From Candidatus Zixiibacteriota bacterium (GTDB lineage: Bacteria; Zixibacteria; MSB-5A5; WJJR01): a DNA stretch of 38,054 bases. Shown in pieces: positions 26,391 through 35,479 of the stretch (positions within the stretch are counted from its first letter, which is position 1; each line of letters starts with the position of its first letter). The DNA lies in contig JACQFV010000184.1 of the NCBI GenBank assembly GCA_016199865.1, forward strand, positions 1 through 38,054. The letters are read 5' to 3'. The position numbers were made by a program, and so were the translations under genes. The notes under the pieces were generated by a model. The model saw only the letters and a program-made list of their open reading frames with translations. It had not been told where the DNA came from and did not search any database.

Positions 26391-28652
26391 CTACCGCGGC
26401 GTCCGCGGTGTGGCCAAAACCGAGTCGATCTTGGTCAGAAGCCGCTGGGCCGATTCGTTCGTGGGATCGATGGACAGGGCTTGACGGCACTGGTTTTTGG
26501 CGGCTTCAGTGCTGTCCAGGCGGGTGTAGGCGACCGCCAGATCGTAATGGATGGCTGTGGAGCGGGGTTCGAGGCAGAGCGCATGCCGGAATGCTGAGAC
26601 CGCGTCGAGGCCATACCCTGCCTGGGTGAGAACGGCGCCGAGATTCGTCCAGACATTCGGGTTGTCGGGCGCGTGGCGGGCGGCGGCTCGGAGTAGATCG
26701 GCGGCTTCCTGATAGTTCTTGGCGGCGGCATAGATGATCGCCAGACCGCTGTACGCGGGGGCAAAGGTCGAATCGGCTCCGATGGCATCGCGATAATGAA
26801 GGACCGCCGTGCCGGTCTGGCCACGCGCCTCGGCGACCTGCGCCAGGTTGAAATTGGGTTGCGCCAAAGCCGGATTGGTCCGCACGGCGATGCGGAATGC
26901 CCCCTCCGCTTTCGTCGTATCTCCCTGACCAAGGTAGGCCAATCCAAGGTTGTTCATCACTTCGGCGTCGGTCTGGCGGGCCCGCAGATAAGAGAACGAC
27001 ATGGCCACGGCCGAATCGAACTGTTTGGTGCGCACCAGATCGAAGGCGAGATTGCGACGTGACGCCAGATGCGTCGGCGTGGCCCGCAGCGCCTTCTCGT
27101 ACAAATCCACCGCCGATTGGTAGTCGCCCTGATGGTCGTAGACCAATGCCAGTTGGTAGTCGGTAAAGGCCGGATTCGTCATGATGCGCTCGATCACCGG
27201 CAGATTAAGCCCGCAACCCAGGAGAATTCCGGCCACGGCGATGACGATGATGGGGCCGCGCTCGCCGGATCTCCACCGGCTGGCGAGGTTCCAGCACACC
27301 GCCGCCTCGGTCAATACGAGTAAAGGCAGGATCGGCAGCCGGTGACGCGCCGTGACCAAGAAGCCAATCACCGTTACGGCGTACAGCAACACAAGAACGG
27401 TCAGCGGCCGCGCCCGCGCCGAGATGGTCCACGCGTACAGCAGCCCCAGGAGCCCGAAGGGCACGATCACACCGAAAGGGAAGTAGACCAAAGCATGATG
27501 GACCAGCACGTTCAGAAGACTGGAGTAACGGGCGTAGGCGTAGATATCCGTCTGATCGCCGACCTCGTACCCGTTGAATAAGTAGTAGGTTTTCTTCAAG
27601 AGGCGGGCGACTGCCTCGCCGGGACTTCGCAGGAAGTACTGGATCGCACGGTTGGTCCAAAACGAGGAAATCTCGGAAGGTTTAAGCGGATGCCCGGCGA
27701 GCACGCCGGCAGCCGAATCGGTCTTGGGGACGAATTCGTTCCATCCCACCGACTCGTCCAGCTCCAGTTCCGGCATCGTCATGGTCAAGCCGTCGGCGGT
27801 CGGGTTATTGCCCAAGTAGAGATTGACTCCGCCCTGATAAGAGATGAGAACCGCATCGTGCCCGATCACGGCATTGCGCAACGTCACGGGCGCAATCGGA
27901 ATCAACAGACCCAGGGTGGCGAGAAGGGGGCCGTGCCAGCGCCGGATTCTGCCAGTGGCGGTTGCCCGGTCGTGACGGACCGACCACATCCAGAATGCCG
28001 GTACGGTCAGAAGGACATTGGGACGGGCAATCGCCGCCAAGCCGAGCACGAACCCCACCGCCAGCCAGCGCCACGGACGGAAGGGGAGATGGCCATATTC
28101 ACACACCGCCAGCCAGATGGCCCAGAGCACGAGCGGCACGACAATGACTTCGAGCAGCAATTCCGTTTCGTAATAGATCATCGTTCCGTAGATGGCCCAG
28201 ACCCAGCCGGCGGTGAATCCAACCCGTCGTCCGAAAACCCGCATGCCGACGAGACAGACCAATCCCGCCGACAGCGCTCCGATCGCGGCCTGGGTGATCT
28301 TGATCGCCCAAAGTCCATCGCCGAACAGTTTGATCCAGATGCCCAAGAGGTAAGGGTAGAGGGGAGCGCGGTAGAAGACCCCGGTTCCCAGCCAGTCGCC
28401 GCCGGCGATCGCTTTCGCCCACAGGTAATGCCATTTTGAGTCGACGGCCGGATCGAAGAAGCCGGGATAATGGCGGCAGAGCTGCCAGAGAACGATGAGC
28501 CGAATCAGGAACGCCCCGGCTACGATGGCGCCAAGCCAGAATCGATCCCTACGTGAGGCCAGACCCCTTGGGTCGCCCGGATCCTCCGGGGTTCGCAACG
28601 ACACGGGTGAATCGGGGGCGGTTTTCCTGCGGTGCTGTTTGTCGGCGGCCAC
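26391..28652 (-). CDS. Polytopic membrane glycosyltransferase (GT-C fold, ArnT/PMT-like) with C-terminal multi-TPR domain
   Basis: 753 aa, GTG start at 28652. Many hydrophobic segments over roughly the first 480 aa. Early loop FFDPAVDSKWHYLWAKAI. The C-terminal ~270 aa holds about seven TPR-like units (e.g. LALVYDHQGDYQSAVDLYEKALRATP; NLGLAYLGQGDTTKAEGAFRIAVRTNP; DLAVAYTRLDSTEAAKNQCRQALSIDP). Confidence 0.65.
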   Translation of the reverse strand: MAADKQHRRKTAPDSPVSLRTPEDPGDPRGLASRRDRFWLGAIVAGAFLIRLIVLWQLCRHYPGFFDPAVDSKWHYLWAKAIAGGDWLGTGVFYRAPLYPYLLGIWIKLFGDGLWAIKITQAAIGALSAGLVCLVGMRVFGRRVGFTAGWVWAIYGTMIYYETELLLEVIVVPLVLWAIWLAVCEYGHLPFRPWRWLAVGFVLGLAAIARPNVLLTVPAFWMWSVRHDRATATGRIRRWHGPLLATLGLLIPIAPVTLRNAVIGHDAVLISYQGGVNLYLGNNPTADGLTMTMPELELDESVGWNEFVPKTDSAAGVLAGHPLKPSEISSFWTNRAIQYFLRSPGEAVARLLKKTYYLFNGYEVGDQTDIYAYARYSSLLNVLVHHALVYFPFGVIVPFGLLGLLYAWTISARARPLTVLVLLYAVTVIGFLVTARHRLPILPLLVLTEAAVCWNLASRWRSGERGPIIVIAVAGILLGCGLNLPVIERIMTNPAFTDYQLALVYDHQGDYQSAVDLYEKALRATPTHLASRRNLAFDLVRTKQFDSAVAMSFSYLRARQTDAEVMNNLGLAYLGQGDTTKAEGAFRIAVRTNPALAQPNFNLAQVAEARGQTGTAVLHYRDAIGADSTFAPAYSGLAIIYAAAKNYQEAADLLRAAARHAPDNPNVWTNLGAVLTQAGYGLDAVSAFRHALCLEPRSTAIHYDLAVAYTRLDSTEAAKNQCRQALSIDPTNESAQRLLTKIDSVLATPRTPR

Positions 28653-28656
28653 GGCG

Positions 28657-28667
28657 CGTATTATACG
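28657..28667. promoter_or_regulatory. AT-rich 11-bp palindrome giving back-to-back -10-like boxes in a divergent intergenic region
   Basis: CGTATTATACG is a perfect palindrome. On the minus strand it reads TATAAT (28665-28660), 7 nt upstream of the GTG start at 28652. On the plus strand it reads TATTAT, about 42 nt upstream of the ecfT ATG. Confidence 0.35.
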
Positions 28668-28705
28668 TGCATGGGCGTTTCGGCGAAACAGACCGAAAGG
28701 GTCAA

Positions 28706-29500
28706 ATGCAAGGTTTCGAGGTAATGATAAGGGTCGTTGACCGCATCGATCCGCGTGTCATTCTCCTTGGGTTCTTCTCCACGGCCCTCTGGATCGGAAC
28801 CGCCTCGACTGGGCTTTCGACGGCGGCATGGGCCGGATCGCTCACGGTCGTGTCTTGGGGAGTCCGCCGCTCCCTGCCGGATCGATTGCGATTGCCACAT
28901 CATTGGCTTTGGTGGATGCTCGGAATGGCCCTGCTGACGTTTCTGCTGCACATGGTCTTCTCCGGCTCTGGGGCAGAACCATTCTTTCGTGTCGGGCCCG
29001 TGACACTCTACTCCCAAGGCGCCGTTCTCGGATTCCGGATGGCCATGCGTCTGTGGGCATTCGTCTGTCTCTCCATCACGGCGCTCTCCTGTTTGTCACC
29101 GGGTCGCCTGACGGCAGGCGTCACGCGAATGCTCATGCCGCTGCGGTTTCTTGGCTTCCCCGTGGCGTCGCTGTACTACTTTGTGTTCTTCCTGCTCCGC
29201 ATGTTTCCGACTCTCATGGATGAATCGCAGGTCATTCGTCTGGCGCAGCGCTCGCGCGGAATCCGTTTCAACGGGTCCATTGTGAAACGTTCGCGTGCGT
29301 CTGCGGCCGTTGCGGTGCCGGTTCTGGCCGCCGGCTTACGTCGCTCCGATCGACTGGCCATGTCACTGGCCGCACGCGGGTTTGACGCACGACGTATCCC
29401 TCTCGCGGTCGGCGCAATGCGATTTGCAGCACTGGACTGGGCTGTGGCAGGCGTGCTGTTACTCGGCTGGGGTGGCTGGGTCGCTGCACGGCTGATCTGA
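28706..29500 (+). CDS. ecfT: ECF transporter transmembrane (T) component, EcfT/CbiQ family
   Basis: Polytopic. Conserved C-terminal Arg-containing motifs LAQRSRGIRF and SLAARGFD. ATG 28706 has GAAAGGG upstream. The track ORF from 28553 overlaps the divergent gene. Confidence 0.8.
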   Translation: MQGFEVMIRVVDRIDPRVILLGFFSTALWIGTASTGLSTAAWAGSLTVVSWGVRRSLPDRLRLPHHWLWWMLGMALLTFLLHMVFSGSGAEPFFRVGPVTLYSQGAVLGFRMAMRLWAFVCLSITALSCLSPGRLTAGVTRMLMPLRFLGFPVASLYYFVFFLLRMFPTLMDESQVIRLAQRSRGIRFNGSIVKRSRASAAVAVPVLAAGLRRSDRLAMSLAARGFDARRIPLAVGAMRFAALDWAVAGVLLLGWGGWVAARLI

Positions 29501-29509
29501 GGACCGCAG

Positions 29510-30274
29510 GTGCGCTACCGTCTGGACGTGGCCTTTCATGGCCGGGATTTTCACGGCTGGCAGAGGCAGCCGGGGCCGCGCACCGTTCAGGGCGAATTGG
29601 AAACTTGGCTGACATGTCTTCTCGGTTCGGCTGATCCGCTTGCGGTCACCGGCGCCGGGCGCACCGATGCCGGTGTTCACGCGGCGGGCATGGTCGCGCA
29701 TTTTGACTCGTCCACACCCTTTGCTCCCTCCGATCTGTGCGCACGCCTCCGGTCGGCCTTGCCCCATGATGTCGTGGTGAGTTCGATCACACCCGTCCGT
29801 GACGACTTTCACGCCCGCTACAGCGCTATGAGCCGCACGTATCTTTATCGCATCAGCACCGAGCCGTCACCATTCGATGCTGACCGTGCGTGGCATGTTC
29901 ACGCGTCTCTCGACGCCGCGCTTCTGGATTCCGAGGCGCGGGACATTCTCGGAGAGCATGACTTCTCAGGATTTTGCCGCGCGAAGTCGCGCAAAGACAA
30001 TACCCAATGCCGGATTGTCGAGTCGTCGTGGCGGCGACAGGATGGGACGCTGATCTATGAAGTCCAAGCCGACCGATTCCTGCACGAAATGGTGCGCCTC
30101 CTGGTCGGGACCATCGTCGACGTGGCGCGCGGGCGATTCCCCGCGGGACGTGCGCAGGAAATCCTGCGCACGGGTGACGTCACGCTCTGCGGCGAGGCCG
30201 CGCCGGCGCATGGGCTGACGCTGCACAGGGTTGAGTACCCTCCAGATGGCTCCACCCCGCGCGATTCCAGTTGA
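29510..30274 (+). CDS. truA: tRNA pseudouridine(38-40) synthase
   Basis: YRLDVAFHGRDFHGWQRQPG, RTVQGELE, GAGRTDAGVHA (catalytic Asp), FLHEMVR. GTG start with GAGGA upstream. Confidence 0.9.
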   Translation: MRYRLDVAFHGRDFHGWQRQPGPRTVQGELETWLTCLLGSADPLAVTGAGRTDAGVHAAGMVAHFDSSTPFAPSDLCARLRSALPHDVVVSSITPVRDDFHARYSAMSRTYLYRISTEPSPFDADRAWHVHASLDAALLDSEARDILGEHDFSGFCRAKSRKDNTQCRIVESSWRRQDGTLIYEVQADRFLHEMVRLLVGTIVDVARGRFPAGRAQEILRTGDVTLCGEAAPAHGLTLHRVEYPPDGSTPRDSS

Positions 30275-30331
30275 ATGGAAGGCGGCCGTGACCTAACTTA
30301 CAGTGCTGGAACGGAAAACCGGGGAGGACGA

Positions 30332-31006
30332 GTGAAAATCTTTTTGGATACGGCCAATGTGGCGGAGATTCGCGAGGTGGCCGACTGGGGCATTCTGGAT
30401 GGGGTCACGACAAACCCGTCTTTGGTCTCGAAAGAGGGACGCAGCTTCGACGACATCCTCCACGAGATCGTCCGAATTGTCAGCGGGCCGGTGTCGGCCG
30501 AGGTTGTGGCCGAGGCGGCCGACGAAATGGTCGAACAGGGTGTACGCCTGGCGGCTTTGGCCCCGAACATCGTCGTGAAAATCCCGATGACCATCGAGGG
30601 TCTCAAAGCGCTCCGGCGTCTGTCGGAAAAGGAAATTGCCACCAACTGCACCCTGGTTTTCAACGCCACCCAGGGACTTCTGGCCGCGAAGGCGGGGGCG
30701 AGTTTTGTGTCGCCCTTTCTCGGACGGCTCGATGACATCGGCCACAACGGGATGGACCTGATCGGCCAGTTGGTGACCATCTTTGACAACTATGCCCTCG
30801 ACACGGAGGTCTTGGCCGCGTCGATCCGCAGCCCGTTGCACGTGGTCGATGCCGCCCTGCATGGCGCCGATGCCTGCACGATGCCGTTCAAGGTTCTGCA
30901 GTCCATCGTCAGACACCCCCTGACTGACTTGGGCAATGCCGCCTTCACCCGCGACTGGCAGAAGTTGACACCCGCGCAACGTGCCGCGGCGGTGGTGCAG
31001 GCGTGA
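30332..31006 (+). CDS. tal: Short-type transaldolase / fructose-6-phosphate aldolase family
   Basis: [27 protein letters not shown] (Schiff-base Lys), [14 protein letters not shown] 30332 is preceded by GGGGAGGA. Confidence 0.88.
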   Translation: MKIFLDTANVAEIREVADWGILDGVTTNPSLVSKEGRSFDDILHEIVRIVSGPVSAEVVAEAADEMVEQGVRLAALAPNIVVKIPMTIEGLKALRRLSEKEIATNCTLVFNATQGLLAAKAGASFVSPFLGRLDDIGHNGMDLIGQLVTIFDNYALDTEVLAASIRSPLHVVDAALHGADACTMPFKVLQSIVRHPLTDLGNAAFTRDWQKLTPAQRAAAVVQA

Positions 31007-31034
31007 TGACGCTCCGCCTGACGGCGAGCCGGCC

Positions 31035-32330
31035 ATGATTGATCGGTACACCCGCCCAGCCATGGCGCAATTGTGGTCGGAAGAGAATAAGTTTGCCGTC
31101 TGGCTGGACATCGAGATTCTGGTGTCAGAAAAACTGGCCCAGATGGGCATCATCCCGCGCGGCGTGCCCTCACGCATGCGCAAGCGGGCACGTTTCGACG
31201 TTGAGCGGATCGAGCGCATCGAAGCGGAAACGCGCCATGACGTCATCGCCTTTCTCAAGGACGTCGGCAGGCATCTCGGCGACGACGAACAATATCTCCA
31301 CTACGGTCTGACGTCGTCCGACGTCGTGGACACCGCGTTGGCGGTCCGGATGGTCCAGGCCGGCGACCTGTTGTTGCAGGCGCTGAATCCGCCGATCCGG
31401 CGCACGGCCGCGTTGGCGCGCCGCTACATCGACACGCCGATCGCCGGGCGGACTCATGGTGTCTTCGCGGAGCCGACGGCGCTGGGGCTGAAGTTTGCTT
31501 TGTGGCATGCGGACCTTAAGCGCGGACGGCGACGGCTGAGATCGGCCATCTATGGAATTGCCGTGGGCAAATTGTCGGGGGCGGTGGGGAATTTTGCCCA
31601 CCTTGATCCTCGGGTCGAAGCGTACGTCTGCCGCAAACTCGGACTGCGGCCCGCGCCGATCTCCACGCAGGTCTTGCAGCGGGACCGTCATGCCGAGTAC
31701 ATCTTCGCCGTGGCCGCCCTCGGCGCCACGATCGAAAAGATCGCGCAGGAAATCCGGCTCTTGCACCGCACCGAGACGGGCGAACTGACCGAGGGATTTG
31801 CCTCGGGCCAACGGGGCTCATCGGCCATGCCCCACAAGCAGAATCCGATCACCTGCGAACGGCTCTGCGGCCTGGCGCGGGTGTTGCGCGGATATGTGAT
31901 TCCCGCGCTCGAAAACGTGGCGTTATGGCACGAGCGCGACATCACCCATTCATCGGCCGAGCGTGTCGTGATTGCCGATGCGACCACGCTTCTGGACTAC
32001 ATGCTGGGGCTCCTCGATTATGTCCTCGGGACGCTCGGTGTTCATCCAGATCGGATGCTGGAGAATTTGCGGCGCCTCGGGTCCGAGATGTTTTCGCAGC
32101 GTCTGCTTCTGGCTTTGGCGGAAGGGCTGGGTTCCCGCGATCAGGCCTACGCGATCGTGCAACGGATCGCTCTGGAGCGGAAGGGGCAAACGACATTTGA
32201 GGATCGTGTGCGCGCCGATCAGATTGTGCGCCGCCACCTGGCCGAGCGGCAACTGGACTCGGTGTTCGATCTGCGTCCCTATCTGCGGCGGTCACGGTTG
32301 ATCTTGAAGCGCGCGTTGGCGCAATCATAA
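31035..32330 (+). CDS. purB: Adenylosuccinate lyase
   Basis: MIDRYTRPAM..W start region. Fumarate-lyase signature GSSAMPHKQNP. HERDITHSS. Confidence 0.92.
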   Translation: MIDRYTRPAMAQLWSEENKFAVWLDIEILVSEKLAQMGIIPRGVPSRMRKRARFDVERIERIEAETRHDVIAFLKDVGRHLGDDEQYLHYGLTSSDVVDTALAVRMVQAGDLLLQALNPPIRRTAALARRYIDTPIAGRTHGVFAEPTALGLKFALWHADLKRGRRRLRSAIYGIAVGKLSGAVGNFAHLDPRVEAYVCRKLGLRPAPISTQVLQRDRHAEYIFAVAALGATIEKIAQEIRLLHRTETGELTEGFASGQRGSSAMPHKQNPITCERLCGLARVLRGYVIPALENVALWHERDITHSSAERVVIADATTLLDYMLGLLDYVLGTLGVHPDRMLENLRRLGSEMFSQRLLLALAEGLGSRDQAYAIVQRIALERKGQTTFEDRVRADQIVRRHLAERQLDSVFDLRPYLRRSRLILKRALAQS

Positions 32331-32348
32331 GGTTCCCAGAGCGATCTC

Positions 32349-32999
32349 ATGGAACGGGACGGTTGGCGGTTTGTCATGCCCGCATTGGTGGTCGGCCTCG
32401 CCGGGCTGTGGCTGGTCGAGTCCGTTCCCATCCTGGCATGGCCGCTGATCGTGACCGGGTTCCTATCGGTTCTCGCGTTCGCGTTCTTCTTTCGCGATCC
32501 TGAGCGCAATCCGCCGGATGATCCGGGCGCCATCGTTGCCACCTCCGATGGCACAATCCTCGAGGTCGAGTCGACGCCTGATGGGGGGGTGCGGATCGAC
32601 ACGTTCTTGTCGGTTTGGAATGTGCACGTGAACCGCGCCCCAGTTGCCGGCACCGTCACCGAGAGCCGGCATCAACCCGGCGCATTTGCCGTCGCGCATC
32701 TTCGGGTGGCGGGTTCACGCAATGAGCGCCACGATCTGGTTATCGAGAGCGCCTTGGGCCCGATCCGATCCGCGCAAATCGCGGGAATTCTCGCCCGGCG
32801 GATCGTCTGCCGGGCGCGGTTGGGCGACGTGCTCGGCTGCGGCGAACGGATCGGTCTGATCCGTTTCGGCTCGCGGGCGCAGGTGTTTATCCCGGCCGGC
32901 TTCGACGCATTGGTCCGTCCGGGCAGCAAAGTGCGCGGCGGCGTGACGGTGATTGCGCGCCGTGGGGCTGGGTCGATGGGGGAGAAGGATCCCGCCTGA
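32349..32999 (+). CDS. psd: Phosphatidylserine decarboxylase proenzyme (short form)
   Basis: Two N-terminal TM helices, VHVNRAPVAGTV, GERIGLIRFGSRAQVFIP with a Gly-Ser self-cleavage site. Confidence 0.85.
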   Translation: MERDGWRFVMPALVVGLAGLWLVESVPILAWPLIVTGFLSVLAFAFFFRDPERNPPDDPGAIVATSDGTILEVESTPDGGVRIDTFLSVWNVHVNRAPVAGTVTESRHQPGAFAVAHLRVAGSRNERHDLVIESALGPIRSAQIAGILARRIVCRARLGDVLGCGERIGLIRFGSRAQVFIPAGFDALVRPGSKVRGGVTVIARRGAGSMGEKDPA

Positions 33000-33000
33000 C

Positions 33001-33771
33001 ATGCGCAACTTTCGCGGCATTTTCCCCGGGATGTTCACCATGGGGAACCTCTTTTGCGGGTTTCTCGCGATCTTGTCGTGCATGGACGGCGAGGTCGAGC
33101 ACGCCTGCCGTTTCATTCTGCTGGGTTTCTTTCTCGATGGGCTGGATGGTCTGGTGGCCCGCGTGTCGCACGGCGCGACCCGCTTCGGGGTCGAGTTGGA
33201 CTCGTTGGCCGACCTGGTGACCTTCGGATTGGCGCCCGCGATTCTGGTCTATTCGTTCAAACTCAAGCTGCTCGGCAGGTGGGGCTGGGTTCTGGGGTTC
33301 GTGTTTGTCATGTGCGGCGCCTTTCGGTTGGCGCGGTACAACCTGACCACCAAGTCCGGCCCGCGCCGCGGCTTCGAAGGGCTGCCGATTCCGGCGGCGG
33401 CTTCGCTTGTCGTATCGTACACCATGTTCAGTTACGACCTCTGGGACCAGCTGCGTTTCGTCAAATTTCTCGTCGTCATGGTGATCGTCAGTTCCGGCCT
33501 GATGGTCTCCAGCGTGCCTTACGAAGACAAGCCGACAAGTTGGCGCACGATTCGCGACCGCATCAAGTTCGTGTATCTGTTCGTCGGTGTGTTGGCGATC
33601 ATCATCGACCTGCCGAAGACGCTCTTCCCACTGGTGGTAGTGTACGTTCTCTCCGGCGTCGTGCGCGAGGTGTTCGACTTGGTGCATGGGAACAACGGCC
33701 GCAGCGAACGCCGGACGGGTGCGTCTTCTACAATCGATAGAGCCGCCACTGATCCGCAGAACTCGCCTTAG
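33001..33771 (+). CDS. pssA: CDP-diacylglycerol--serine O-phosphatidyltransferase
   Basis: CDP-alcohol phosphatidyltransferase motif DGLDGLVARV...GVELDSLADLV. Polytopic. ATG 33001 lies 1 nt after the psd stop. Confidence 0.85.
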   Translation: MRNFRGIFPGMFTMGNLFCGFLAILSCMDGEVEHACRFILLGFFLDGLDGLVARVSHGATRFGVELDSLADLVTFGLAPAILVYSFKLKLLGRWGWVLGFVFVMCGAFRLARYNLTTKSGPRRGFEGLPIPAAASLVVSYTMFSYDLWDQLRFVKFLVVMVIVSSGLMVSSVPYEDKPTSWRTIRDRIKFVYLFVGVLAIIIDLPKTLFPLVVVYVLSGVVREVFDLVHGNNGRSERRTGASSTIDRAATDPQNSP

Positions 33772-33838
33772 ATGGATGATCACGGCTGTCCTGGCACTTC
33801 AAGGGTGCAGGAATGCCATGCGAATCAAGAAAAGCGCT

Positions 33839-33866
33839 TTGGATTGGCGTGCCAGCCGGGTATACT
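33839..33866 (+). promoter_or_regulatory. Sigma-70-like promoter upstream of purS
   Basis: TTGGAT (33839-33844), 16-nt spacer, TATACT (33861-33866), about 34 nt upstream of the purS ATG. Confidence 0.4.
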
Positions 33867-33899
33867 GATGACGTGAGCGCGGACGGGTGAGCCGCCAGG

Positions 33900-34148
33900 A
33901 TGATGGTAACCGGAACGGTCACTGTGAGATTGAAGCCGGGTGTCTTGGACCCGCAGGGTCAGGCCATCCGCCGGGCCTTGGAACAGATGGGGTTTGAATC
34001 GGTTCACAATGTACGAACTGGACGGACTTTTGAAATCCAACTGGACGCCCCCGATCCGGCGTCGGCGCATGGCCGCTTGACGGAAATGTCGCAGAAATTA
34101 CTGGCCAATCCGGTCGTGGAAACCTTCTCGGTGGAGGTGAAATCGTGA
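33900..34148 (+). CDS. purS: Phosphoribosylformylglycinamidine synthase subunit PurS
   Basis: 82 aa; VRLKPGVLDPQGQAI..AL..MGF; immediately upstream of purQ. Confidence 0.9.
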   Translation: MMVTGTVTVRLKPGVLDPQGQAIRRALEQMGFESVHNVRTGRTFEIQLDAPDPASAHGRLTEMSQKLLANPVVETFSVEVKS

Positions 34149-34891
34149 GAGTCGGCGTGGTCACATTCCCCGGTTCCAATTGCGATTATGACGCCTACGC
34201 CGCCTTCCGCCACGTTTTGGATTATCCGGTCGAGTTCCTCTGGCATGGCGATGCCGACCTTCACAACGTGGACTGCGTGATCCTCCCCGGCGGGTTCGCC
34301 TTCGGCGACTACCTGCGGGCGGGAGCGATCGCCCGTTTTTCGCCGGTGATGCGCTCCGTGATTGCGTTTGCCGAGACGGGCGGTCTGGTGTGGGGCATTT
34401 GCAATGGCTTCCAGGTTCTCCTGGAAGCGGGACTTCTGCCCGGCGCCATGCGGCGGAATGCCTCGATGCGTTTTGCCTGCCAATGGGTCCGAATCAAAGT
34501 CGAGTCGACGCAAACGCCATTCTTGCTGGGATGCCGGAAGGGGCAGATCCTGCGCATGCCGATCGCTCATGCCGAGGGGAATTATTTCGCTGACGAGGAC
34601 GTTCTCGATGAACTGGAAGACTCCGGGCGCGTGGTGCTGCGTTACGTCAGAGCCGACGGTACTCCCGATCCCCGCGCCAATCCCAACGGGTCGCGGCGCA
34701 ACATCGCCGGGATCATCAACGCGCAGGGGAACGTTCTGGGGATGATGCCGCATCCCGAGCGGGCCGTGGAGCGGATTCTGGGCAGCGACGATGGGCTGGC
34801 CATGTTTCACTCGCTGGTGGGGGCCGGTGTTGTCGCGTCCGGTGTGCCGACGCAGACGGTGAAGCCGGTCGAACGACGGGCGCAGGTGTGA
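34145..34891 (+). CDS. purQ: Phosphoribosylformylglycinamidine synthase glutaminase subunit PurQ
   Basis: VVTFPGSNCDYD, LPGGFAFGDYLR, GICNGFQ (nucleophile Cys), MMPHPER. The GTG start overlaps the purS stop. Confidence 0.92.
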   Translation: MRVGVVTFPGSNCDYDAYAAFRHVLDYPVEFLWHGDADLHNVDCVILPGGFAFGDYLRAGAIARFSPVMRSVIAFAETGGLVWGICNGFQVLLEAGLLPGAMRRNASMRFACQWVRIKVESTQTPFLLGCRKGQILRMPIAHAEGNYFADEDVLDELEDSGRVVLRYVRADGTPDPRANPNGSRRNIAGIINAQGNVLGMMPHPERAVERILGSDDGLAMFHSLVGAGVVASGVPTQTVKPVERRAQV

Positions 34892-35181
34892 AGGGGCGCG
34901 AACTCTCCTTCTTGATCGTCGGCATCGTCATGGCCGCCGTGGGAGGGGCCGTGGTGGGAGACGCCTTGGGTTCATTCCTGCCGGAGGGCACGATTAAGAC
35001 GTTGTTCCAGAAGCACGTGGAGATCGGCCTGGGACGCACGGTCGGCATGCAGACCGCTGAACCCCTGTCGATCAATCTGTACGCGTTATCCCTGGTGCTG
35101 GGTCTGACCATTCGGATCAACCTCGTGAGTGTGTTGTTTGTGCTCCTGCTCCTTGTGTATTTTCGTTGGTGGTATCTGTAA
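34888..35181 (+). CDS. Small two-helix membrane protein, DUF4321-like
   Basis: 97 aa. N-terminal hydrophobic helix LSFLIVGIVMAAVGGAVVG, central loop, C-terminal helix VSVLFVLLLLVYF. GTG overlaps the purQ stop (GTGA). The family assignment is from memory only. Confidence 0.5.
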   Translation: MKGRELSFLIVGIVMAAVGGAVVGDALGSFLPEGTIKTLFQKHVEIGLGRTVGMQTAEPLSINLYALSLVLGLTIRINLVSVLFVLLLLVYFRWWYL

Positions 35182-35208
35182 GCGCGGCGTGGCCGCCGGA
35201 GGCCTCAA

Positions 35209-35457
35209 GTGGGTGGTATCGGTGTCCAGGAACTCTTGCTGATCTTTCTGGTGGTCCTGCTGTTGTTCGGCGCCAAACGGATTCCCGACATCGCCCACAG
35301 TCTGGGTAAAGGGGTCCGGGAATTCAAGAAGGCCATGGACAGCGCCAACGACGAACTGACCCGTTCCATCGACGATTCCAAGAGCCACCCGACCACCGGT
35401 TCGGGCTCAGGATCGGCTCCCCCGGAACCCAAGAGCGACAAACCGTCACAGGATTGA
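35209..35457 (+). CDS. tatA: Twin-arginine translocase subunit TatA/E
   Basis: GGIGVQELLLIFLVVLLLFGAKRIPDIAHSLGKGVREFKKA, followed by a polar tail. Confidence 0.88.
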   Translation: MGGIGVQELLLIFLVVLLLFGAKRIPDIAHSLGKGVREFKKAMDSANDELTRSIDDSKSHPTTGSGSGSAPPEPKSDKPSQD

Positions 35458-35479
35458 ACGACCGACCGGACGGCCCCCG

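Noticed and set aside
33792-33809. Sigma-54-like element TGGCAC...GTGCA upstream of purS
   Set aside because: The GG and GC dinucleotides are separated by 12 nt rather than the canonical 10, and the -12 region is GTGCA rather than TTGC(A/T). A sigma-70-like TTGGAT-16-TATACT lies just downstream and fits better.
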